From Somniosus microcephalus (lineage: Eukaryota), in contig CM126223.1 of NCBI GenBank assembly GCA_052327205.1, forward strand, positions 23,498,001 to 23,562,000: DNA of 64,000 bases, written 5' to 3'. A program made the position numbers and the translations under genes. Position 1 is the first letter of the stretch, and each line of letters starts with the position of its first letter. This document shows, piece by piece, positions 58,801-64,000 of this stretch. Under the pieces are notes generated by a model. It was not told the origin of the DNA and searched no databases. It worked only from the letters and a program-made list of their open reading frames with translations.

Positions 58801-61511
58801 TTGTGTCTGCATTCATAACTTATGGCTTGTTTTATGTTGTCCCAAATCCACCTATATATTAACTGGAGTCAACATTTGGTCATCCAACAATAAGCTCTGC
58901 CATTATTAGGCTGTCAAGCGTAATAGTAGACTTTTTGAACTATGCATAACACCTGCTGTGCCTGGAGAACAGTTGTGGCTGTATAATACAAGGGAGTGGT
59001 ACTGGTTGTCACAAGACTGTCACTGATGACGGAGCAATTTGTGATGAATTGATCACATAAGTGCACCTTACATTAAAAATGTACTAGCTAAGTGCGATTG
59101 TTTCAATAACAATGAATAAGCTGAATAAGCTTAGTGACAACAATTCTATTAGTAGATCTCTTAACAGCGACTTATTTCATGAGCTATACAGAACAGAAGG
59201 TCCCAGGTTCAATCCTTGGTCAGTGCTGAGTTAGTGGATCTGTTGGGGCAACAGGAGGGGTGTTACTGTTCCCTCGGCCTCAACAGGCTGGAAGGGGAGG
59301 GGGGACGGGGACACTATCAGCCAGGCTTCCTACTCTTGATCACAAGTCAGTGGCTCCTACTGGAAACTGCATGCATGAAAAGGCCGGTTATGGCGTTCTT
59401 CATGGTCAAATCATTGAATCACATTCATTGCACAGGCTGACACATCACTGTCCACTTGGGCAAAGCAATGCAGAGCCAGGCATCGGCAAGATTCATACCA
59501 GAAAGAGGGAAGAACATTGTCTCCACAGTATTTCCCACCTTAGCACATACGTCATTTACAGGAAACTTTGGTTTATCCAGAGGTTAACTGTCCAGAATGC
59601 TCGAGCCACCGGCAAAAATCAGGAGCCGTTTCGTTAGGTTTTTCTTTTCTTTTCGTTGCTTTTTTTTCCACCAGTCAGGCTTTGCAAGGTCTCGCTGAAG
59701 CTGTTGCTAAGCCTCAGAGACGCTTGCAAGGTACAGCCGACTGTTTAGAAGCTGTTGCTAAGCAACAGGGTTTGTTGCCAGATACGGAGCTCAAAATCTC
59801 CGTATGTTTCAACATTAGCGCTGGTTTGTCCGGCAGTTTTAATGGGACGGCAACAGCTCGGTCCCGTCAGTGCCAGATAGCACAAAGTTTCCTGTATATA
59901 TAAAACCACTTCTTGTAATCATGAAGGGATCTGGTAAGCAAGCGCATATTATTCCCACTGTTTTTAAAGAGTGCAGAACCAATACACTTAAGTCTAGCTT
60001 GTTATTTCATTACTGCTCAGTTATTCTGCAGCGTTTATTACATGCAGTGCACAAAACCAAATCAAGCAGCTCAACACACAATACAGAAGATGCAGAAAGG
60101 TGCAATATTAAACTATTACTTACAATCTTTGATGTGACAATCTCAAGTGCTGAAAACCATTGTTTTGTAGAACTTGAAAATACCATCTAACCTCAGACAC
60201 ATCTGGGGCACTTCCTTTCACCCCTCAAGTCTGTATTTTTCAATGGTCATGAAAGTTACCACTTGTGCTTTTTGTCCAAAAATGCATGTTCCATTTTTGA
60301 TGCCAAAGCCCAATCCTGAATTTCAGGGACCCGTCGACTATCAACATACAAATATCAACTAACAGCTCTGATGAAAGGTCATCGCCCTGAAACGTTAGCT
60401 CTGTTTTTCTCTCTATAGATGCTGCCTGACCTGCTGAGTGTTCCCAGCATTTTCCATTTTTCTTTCAGATTTCCAGCAACCACAGTATTTGGCTTTTGTA
60501 TAAACTAACAGGGGCAGCTCAGGACTACAAAATGAGGTGGACAATACATGTAAATGGGTAGACCAATGGCAGATGAAATTTAATACAGACAAGTGCCAAG
60601 TGCAAGAGGAGAAATGGGTAACTTTAATGCTCAACGAACGGTGTTAACAGAGTTACGGTTGACGTTGAAAGCCGTTAGGAAATTTAGTAGACTGCTCCGC
60701 AGAAACAGTGACTAGGGGGTCACAGGTTCAAATAAAAAACGGCAAATTTAGGACTACTGTTAGGAAGTAGCTCTTCATACAACATGTGCTTAACACATGA
60801 ACAGACTTCAAGAGAGGGTAGCGGAGGAGAGGACACTGGTATCACCGGGAGGGAGGAAACAAGAGTGGACTGCAGGGATGAGCCAAGATGGGCTAAACGG
60901 CCTTTCTAATGTGTAGCTATCTTGCGAACATTCTGCCCCCATTTAAGTCGGCAACTTCTGCCACCAAGTCTTGCCATGTAAACACCAAGGTTCCATTAAA
61001 GCTAATTTTTCACCACAATTTCACTCCCAAGTATCGGAGGAGAGGGAAGAGATTGTAAAGAAACAAGAGTTATTGCATATCTATTTCAGAGGTAATATAT
61101 GCTGTTTTATCAGAATATTCACGATCTTCTCTAAAATTTTAAAGATAGATCTGTAAACCAAGATAAATCAGGTACTGACCAATATCCTGATTCCCATACA
61201 TCAATAGCTTATATTTTGCACTCATTCAGACCACTCTACACAGCCTGGGAAAGTCCAGAGAAATTTTTACTTAAATAGTTACGAGCAATACTTACAGCGG
61301 TGAACGCATTATACTTGCATCAGGACGTGCAATTTTTACAGTTACTGGACTATGTAGCATGGTTGAGTTTCTGGAGGACAAAACATTTTTCTTCTGATAG
61401 CCGTCCCATCGGACAGTCGGCAGAGTTCCAGGGATCGAATACTGGGGCTGGTGGATAGGATACCGTCGCCGAGGGGTCACTGTAAATTTATTCATCATAG
61501 CCTGATGTTCC
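10300..61511 (-). CDS. POM121: Nuclear envelope pore membrane protein POM121, 5'-partial spliced CDS (13 exons in window)
   Basis: Exons 61296-61511, 56249-56398, 54408-54488, 52260-52431, 51009-51106, 48635-48714, 37281-37405, 35242-35344, 30089-30271, 23642-25465, 20517-20555, 14555-14680 and 10300-10394 all have AG/GT boundaries and join in frame (3292 nt). Recalled POM121 motifs appear in order: [101 protein letters not shown], the FG-repeat region, and C-terminal [18 protein letters not shown]. The N-terminal TM exon is not in the window. Confidence 0.96.
11560..12268 (+). mobile_element. tRNA-derived SINE with a LINE-shared tail, carrying an internal minisatellite expansion
   Basis: B-box-like GTTCAAATCCC at about 11983; body similar to copies at 50431-50800 and 58281-58636; tail (gactgcagtggttcaag...gggcaatgaatgc...cccacatccc) shared with the LINE end at 50160-50276. 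Confidence 0.75.
11579..11973. repeat. Minisatellite, 21-bp unit CTGGACTGATAATCCAGGGGC, about 19 copies
   Basis: Directly visible: 17 WTDNPGA + WTNNPGA + partial unit in the ORF track; variant units cluster at the right end. Confidence 0.98.
12806..13136 (-). mobile_element. Tc1/mariner (pogo/Tigger-like) MITE, copy 1
   Basis: TA|CAGGAAACTT...AAGTTTCCTG|TA; about 21-bp TIRs ending in TATCCGG; interior is the reverse complement of the 59559-59894 copy. Confidence 0.9.
14555..14680 (-). CDS. POM121: POM121 penultimate coding exon (126 nt): [42 protein letters not shown]
   Basis: Acceptor tgtgttcttccag, donor GTAAGA, FG motifs, phase 1-1. Confidence 0.92.
18440..19420 (-). mobile_element. Old CR1/L2-group LINE fragment (related to the 49050-50276 family)
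   Basis: The minus-strand ORF fragment [31 protein letters not shown] parallels [31 protein letters not shown] at 49797; shared tail near 18440-18540. Confidence 0.75.
19739..20095 (+). mobile_element. Tigger-like MITE, copy 2
   Basis: TA|CAGGAAATTTTG...GAAGTTTCCTG|TA; interior homologous to copies 1 and 4, with an expanded T tract. Confidence 0.88.
20517..20555 (-). CDS. POM121: POM121 FG micro-exon (39 nt): [13 protein letters not shown]
   Basis: Acceptor ttttttttccactag, donor GTAAGT, phase 1-1, encodes two FG motifs. Confidence 0.8.
20750..21490 (+). mobile_element. Highly degenerate CR1 fragment
   Basis: Remnants such as aaatttgcagatggtacaaaa (KFADDTK-like), gagaaacttgggcttttcagtct and a CR1-like 3' end. 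Confidence 0.6.
22790..23045 (+). mobile_element. Degenerate Deu-domain SINE
   Basis: Aligns by eye with 31170-31450 (taaaccgaggccc, gtcctggccaatatt, tgctgtttgtggga..ttgctg). Confidence 0.7.
23642..25465 (-). CDS. POM121: POM121 large FG-repeat exon (1824 nt)
   Basis: Inside ORF 23634..25499. S/T/A/P-rich with FKPVFG, PFTFG, PFQFG, PAFG and FNFG repeats; acceptor ctttttcccttcccag, donor GTGAGT. Confidence 0.95.
25809..26537 (+). mobile_element. CR1 LINE, 5'-truncated young copy
   Basis: [21 protein letters not shown]...[24 protein letters not shown]...[16 protein letters not shown] is the CR1 ORF2 C-terminus, followed by the 3' UTR. Confidence 0.93.
26919..27059. repeat. 63-bp G-rich tandem repeat (about 2.2 copies)
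   Basis: Unit starts at 26919, 26982 and 27045 (GACTGGGGAATGGG...). Confidence 0.9.
27720..29172 (-). mobile_element. CR1 LINE fragment interrupted by a MITE
   Basis: ORF pieces [38 protein letters not shown] and [25 protein letters not shown] resume on either side of 28302-28621. Confidence 0.85.
28302..28621 (+). mobile_element. Tigger-like MITE, copy 3 (diverged subfamily)
   Basis: TA|CAGGAAACTTTC...GAAAGTTTCCTG|TA; internal gaagctgttgctaagctacagagacgcttgcaa shared with the other copies. Confidence 0.88.
30089..30271 (-). CDS. POM121: POM121 coding exon (183 nt): [61 protein letters not shown]
   Basis: Acceptor cttcttgttgttaacag, donor GTGTGT; NPLL(D/E)SLKKMQ motif. Confidence 0.9.
31007..31468 (+). 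mobile_element. Full-length Deu-domain SINE (SacSINE1-like)
   Basis: tRNA-like head with A box (TGGCTCAGTGG) and B box (GGTTCAAGTCC); central Deu-type block (ggaggtgccgtctttcggatgagacgttaaaccgaggcccc); L2-like tail (gaaaggcgctatat...caagtctttctttc). Family name is from recall. Confidence 0.85.
31700..34735 (+). mobile_element. CR1 LINE with near-complete but disrupted ORF2 (APE endonuclease + RT)
   Basis: [28 protein letters not shown] and SDH (endonuclease); [25 protein letters not shown] and AKFADDTK (RT); LVRPHLEYC. Many frameshifts; ttatgttct tail. Confidence 0.95.
35242..35344 (-). CDS. POM121: POM121 coding exon (103 nt): [34 protein letters not shown]
   Basis: Acceptor ctctttccttcag, donor GTAAGG; LGY-ITA-D-D-EKKA motif. 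Confidence 0.94.
35504..36278 (-). mobile_element. CR1 LINE, 5'-truncated young copy with an open C-terminal ORF, inserted into a Deu-SINE head
   Basis: ORF 35602..36360 ([20 protein letters not shown]...[15 protein letters not shown]); (TTCTATGT)n tail at 35504-35525. Confidence 0.95.
36289..36326 (-). pseudogene. 3' half of tRNA-Trp(CCA), retroposed fragment fused to the CR1 5' end
   Basis: Minus strand reads AGATCAGAAGGCTGCGTGTTCACATCACGTCGGGGTCA. This is near-identical to the recalled vertebrate tRNA-Trp 3' half (...CTCCAGATCAGAAGGYTGCGTGTTCAAATCACGTCGGGGTCA), with an intact T-stem CGTG/CACG. Confidence 0.85.
36327..36720 (+). mobile_element. Deu-domain SINE body (its head is at 35482-35505, split off by the CR1 insertion)
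   Basis: Joining gtcagttttgctcagttggcagca to ctatcatctcagagtcagacgg restores colinearity with the 31007 copy. Confidence 0.8.
37281..37405 (-). CDS. POM121: POM121 coding exon (125 nt): [42 protein letters not shown]
   Basis: Acceptor ctcttctgtttctag, donor GTTGAG; resembles human RKRKVQLL..RRGEQLTL (second NLS region). Confidence 0.92.
38116..38428 (-). mobile_element. V-SINE (HE1-like elasmobranch SINE)
   Basis: tRNA head (GGTGGCATAGTGGTTAGC...GGGTTCGAATCC), V-domain (+ strand GGGAGGAAACCGGAGCACCCGGAGGAAACCCACGC) and a CR1-type tail ending in ttctgtga repeats. Confidence 0.9.
39740..41600 (-). mobile_element. Degenerate CR1 LINE
   Basis: ORF pieces [40 protein letters not shown]. Confidence 0.8.
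41674..42380 (-). mobile_element. L2 LINE 3' fragment
   Basis: RNLSVIFD...[14 protein letters not shown]...[10 protein letters not shown]...[19 protein letters not shown] is a typical L2 ORF2 C-terminus; (TTG)n tail at 41674. Confidence 0.92.
42866..43042 (+). repeat. 5' LTR
   Basis: TGTAGTG...ACAACA; TATATAA at 42928-42934 and AGTAAA downstream; three differences from the 3' LTR. Confidence 0.96.
43044..43054 (+). promoter_or_regulatory. Primer binding site, probably tRNA-Ser(GCU)
   Basis: TGGCGACGAAG one base after the LTR, complementary to the recalled tRNA-Ser(GCU) 3' end ...CCUCGUCGCCA with one mismatch. Confidence 0.75.
43498..47437 (+). pseudogene. Gypsy gag-pol, broken by frameshifts and a stop
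   Basis: Gag LRDKFVCGL and [28 protein letters not shown]; protease ELDTGS; [31 protein letters not shown]; RNase [13 protein letters not shown]; integrase [21 protein letters not shown]. Breaks at about 44200, 44691 (TGA), about 45140, about 46583 and about 47067. Confidence 0.95.
47517..47530 (+). promoter_or_regulatory. Polypurine tract
   Basis: AAAAGGGGAGGAAT immediately before the 3' LTR. Confidence 0.85.
47531..47707 (+). repeat. 3' LTR
   Basis: Direct repeat of 42866-43042. Confidence 0.96.
47708..47837 (+). mobile_element. Penelope pLTR fragment (right arm; the inverted left arm is at about 42817-42865)
   Basis: aaaggtcatcggcctgaaac...ctgcctgacctgctgagt...ttcagatttccagca is homologous to 60364-60500 and to the 3' region of the Penelope at 63481-64000. 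Confidence 0.8.
48635..48714 (-). CDS. POM121: POM121 coding exon (80 nt): [26 protein letters not shown]
   Basis: Acceptor tttatccacag, donor GTAAGA; phase fits both neighbouring exons. Confidence 0.88.
49050..50276 (+). mobile_element. CR1/L2-group LINE 3' portion (RT and tail)
   Basis: [56 protein letters not shown]; tail shared with SINEs at 11.6, 50.4 and 58.3 kb. Confidence 0.9.
50431..50800 (+). mobile_element. Degenerate tRNA-derived SINE (same family as 11560-12268)
   Basis: ctggaccagcaatcaagagg..gttcaa head, tctggcctacatgtaactccag body, ctcagggcaactaag tail. Confidence 0.65.
51009..51106 (-). CDS. POM121: POM121 coding exon (98 nt): [33 protein letters not shown]
   Basis: Acceptor caacctgtag, donor GTAACC; [14 protein letters not shown] motif. 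Confidence 0.92.
51830..52120 (-). mobile_element. Degenerate Deu-domain SINE
   Basis: Reverse-complement similarity to the 31007-31468 copy (gcacaaagttccacatacagcaa; ggcctcagtttagtctc; tgcagctccctcagtagtgcact). Confidence 0.6.
52260..52431 (-). CDS. POM121: POM121 coding exon (172 nt): [57 protein letters not shown]
   Basis: Long pyrimidine tract plus AG, donor GTTAGT; PG-LKRG, KRSR and SSYSSTRG motifs. Confidence 0.95.
54408..54488 (-). CDS. POM121: POM121 coding exon (81 nt): [27 protein letters not shown]
   Basis: Acceptor ttgtttccag, donor GTAAGT; close to the recalled human [27 protein letters not shown]. Confidence 0.95.
55205..55530 (-). mobile_element. CR1 3' fragment
   Basis: [18 protein letters not shown]...[30 protein letters not shown]. 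Confidence 0.88.
56249..56398 (-). CDS. POM121: POM121 coding exon (150 nt): [49 protein letters not shown]
   Basis: Acceptor aacttcccag, donor GTATGT; DPC-K-TVL-ALKE and ENKRR (NLS region) motifs; not in the ORF track. Confidence 0.93.
58281..58636 (-). mobile_element. tRNA-derived SINE (same family as 11560-12268)
   Basis: Minus strand has ctggactaatgatccggag...GTTCAAATCCC head and a tail matching the LINE end at 50160-50276. Confidence 0.8.
59180..59520 (+). mobile_element. Old tRNA-derived SINE family; related decayed copies near 1-140, 6150-6400, 31490-31690/34750-34860, 52600-52930, 57940-58200 and 61800-62420
   Basis: Recurrent aggtcccaggttcaatcc..tgtgctgagttag, ggcctca, ctgctggaaa and ctcggctgtgat blocks; boundaries approximate. 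Confidence 0.55.
59559..59894 (+). mobile_element. Tigger-like MITE, copy 4
   Basis: TA|CAGGAAACTTTG...CAAAGTTTCCTG|TA; highly similar to copy 1 in the opposite orientation. Confidence 0.92.
60364..60400 (+). ncRNA. Minimal type-I hammerhead ribozyme motif within a Penelope pLTR (60364-60500)
   Basis: AGCT-CTGATGA-A-AGGTC(ATC)GCCCT-GAAA-CG-TT-AGCT: both core boxes, stem I, stem II with one mismatch, and a palindromic mini stem III. Activity not shown. Confidence 0.65.
61296..61511 (-). CDS. POM121: POM121 coding exon (216 nt): [71 protein letters not shown]
   Basis: Acceptor ttttgtctcttctag, donor GTAAG; peptide resembles the human POM121 [10 protein letters not shown]...SPVTVRIA segment. 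Confidence 0.95.
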
Positions 61512-61989
61512 CTAGAAGAGACAAAATGATTCAGACACAAAGGTTAACCTCAAGTACAGAGTGTCCTTGGCAGCTTGCAAGATACCTGTTACATCAGTTT
61601 AAAAGCTTGCGTGTTACATCAGTTTAAAAAAAATGATCAAATATTTCTGAAGCTGGTTACAGAAAAATAGGCAAATCCATACAGCCAAATATTCTCCATT
61701 AGTGGAAAAGTCAAATACACATTCAGAAATAGCTTACATGTCCTCCCTAATGGTTCAATTAGTAGTGGCACCAAACATGTACTGATTCATACAAAACAAA
61801 AGGACACAGGCTGAATATCAGTCTGTGCTGAGTTAACCGATTTCAGCCAAGACAGCAGCCAGGGTGCGGCAACTGGCCTCAGTGCTACACGGTAAAGGAT
61901 TGAGGAGGGAAAGGGTAGTCAAGAGTTGCCACCTCCATTGCTATCCACTTGTGTCTGCTGGAAAGCACACTTGTATGGATGTCAGGATT

Positions 61990-62240
61990 ACATAGTGTTG
62001 CATAGTATTTATAGCACAGAAACAGGCCATTCGGCCCAACCGGTCTATGTTAGTGTTTATGCGCCACATGACACTCCTTTTACTCCATTCTCCCTCGTGT
62101 ACTTATCTAGCTTCCCTTTAAATGCATCGCTGCTATTTGCCTCAACTACTCCCTGTGGTAGTGAGTTCCACATTCCAACCACTCTCTGGGTAAAGAAATG
62201 TCTCCTGAATTCCTTATTGGATTTATTAGTGACTCGTATA
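61990..62240 (-). mobile_element. CR1 3' fragment inserted in an old SINE
   Basis: Similar to 55205-55480 (cttaaatgcatcg...ctccctgtgg...ccacattc...ctctgggtaaag). Confidence 0.75.
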
Positions 62241-63480
62241 TTAATGGGGCTTGGTCACGATGCTCTCCATGATGGAATGGCTCGATAACACTCGATACCA
62301 GCCTCAATGGCCATGCCACCAAGGTACCAGAAGGCTGCTGGCACACATGCAGCCACAGCCCAGGAAGTCAGGAACATCTTCAGGAGAGGTGGGGGGGAAG
62401 AGCATTAAAAAAGGGGGAAAAAAAATCAAATTATAGACCAGATTGACATTTTTATACTGTGAAGAAGCTCTCAGGTTTGAAGATCTGGGGGCAGATATCA
62501 CAAACAATTCAACTGCAGTATAGTGCGTCACTTCGGCAATGAGCAACTCGCCAAGCTGCAGTGCTCAGAAGAGGCACACCAACTGAAGTGGTGACAAATA
62601 CTGGCAAGTTGTTGATGCCTTCCATTAAATGACCGCTGCCAACATGAAGACTCATTCTAAAACTATTTTTGGAGAAAGTACCAAAAAGTTTGGTTAACAA
62701 CAAAGTCAAACTCATTTGCACCTAGTGATAAATTACCAGGATCAGTGTTATCACTCGATCTAGTCCAATGCAATAGTGGGTGGGTGAAGTTTTCAAACTG
62801 CAGCTCTCAACTGTGAAAGACACAGCAATTATAAATGTTGTGCTATCTAAATAGAGCATTCTGAGCACAGTAAAACCAGGGTGAGCTACTGATGGTGCAA
62901 GTGGTGGGAACAATTTGAGATGATAAATTAGATGCACACAGGAACTGATTAGCACAACATAATTTATTCTCATCCGATTTCCCTGATGAGCTATTAGCCT
63001 CAAATGTATTAAATAAGCCAGGTTTATCCACAAAGCACCAGTGACTGCTTCAAAAAGTAATTTGTTGGCTATGTTACACAAGTGTAGATTCTTTAATGGG
63101 AACAATGATGGCTCATTTGAATTTAAAGTGCTCAAAAACAACATTATTTTACCATTGCCCGACTATGTACTTAGGAAGTGTCCCTCATTGAGATGGTTCA
63201 ACGCATCATTATGTTGGATTATTTCAATCCTTCCAAAAAGACGATCAGCTCTCATGTAAGCTCAAGACGCTGAACTGTTACATAGCTTTGGGACTCAAAC
63301 CCACATTCTCTGGAATGTGAAGCAAACTCAAGCCAAATGGTGAAAGCTGCAATCACCACCATCACTGGGAACGGCAGTCGAAACAGAGACAGCAGCCACA
63401 ATTTACAGGAGTTGGATAAAAGAAGTGGGCACAGTTCCGGCAGATGGCTTTCAAGTGCAAAGTTTGATTAAAAAAAAACA

Positions 63481-64000
63481 GAATACTGCAGGTCAGGCAA
63501 CATCTGTGGAGAGAGAAACAGAGTTAACGCCGCAGGTTGATGACCTTGCGTCAGAACTGAAAAAAGTTAGAGATGTTACAGGTTTTAAGCAGGCAGGGAA
63601 AAGGGGGAGGGAAGGAAAGAACAAAAGGCAAGGTGTGGGATAGGGTGGAAGGCAGGAGAGATTAAAAAACAAAAGGGATGATGGTGCGAGGCAAAAGGAG
63701 ATGGCAATGGGACAAGTAAAGGAACAAAATATAGGTCTACAAGTAGTATAACTGGTAATAGCAGAGTTATCAGCACCTGCCATCCAAAGAAATGGGGCCA
63801 TGGGTATGATCTAAAATTGTTGAACTCAATGTTGAGTCTGGAAGGCTGTTAAGTACCTAATCGAAAGATGACGTGCTGTTCCTCTAGCTTATGTTGTGCT
63901 TCACTGGAACAGTGTAGGAGGCCAAAGACAGAGCAGTCAGAGTGGGAGTGGAGCGGAGAATTAAAGTGACAGGCGACCGGAAGCTTGGGGTCACGCTTGC
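63481..64000 (-). mobile_element. Penelope-like element 3' end (GIY-YIG endonuclease C-terminus, 3' UTR and pLTR); runs off the window
   Basis: Minus-strand translation KRDPKLPVACHFNSPLHSHSDCSVFGLLHCSSEAQHKLEEQHVIFRLGT*QPSRLNIEFNNFR, followed by a pLTR with a decayed hammerhead at about 63522-63558. Confidence 0.85.

Noticed and set aside
61587-61629. 18-bp direct repeat TGTTACATCAGTTTAAAA near an exon acceptor
   Set aside because: An ordinary short slippage duplication with nothing suggesting function

Overview
This is vertebrate genomic DNA, very likely from a shark or ray, judging by its repeats (HE1-type V-SINE, SacSINE1-like Deu-SINEs, Penelope pLTRs, abundant CR1). The window holds most of one minus-strand gene, the nucleoporin POM121. 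I reconstructed 13 GT-AG coding exons from 61511 down to the stop at 10300 (3292 nt, about 1096 aa, reading frame consistent at every junction). The transmembrane first exon(s) must lie beyond 64000, and the 3' UTR runs toward the window start. The introns are rich in transposons: CR1 and L2 LINEs, several SINE families, four copies of a TA-flanked Tigger-like MITE, Penelope fragments with minimal hammerhead motifs, and a full-length decayed Mag-type Gypsy element. The most unusual observations are: (1) a CR1 insertion whose 5' end is fused to the 3' half of a tRNA-Trp plus an apparent pre-tRNA trailer; (2) a Gypsy element inserted exactly into the core of a hammerhead motif, at the axis of an inverted Penelope repeat; (3) a MITE family carrying RFX X-box-like palindromes; (4) a 19-copy minisatellite built from a SINE anticodon-arm hairpin; (5) candidate poison and micro-exons in the FG-repeat region. 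All calls come from reading the sequence by eye, with no database searches. I found no evidence for a new multi-gene system.
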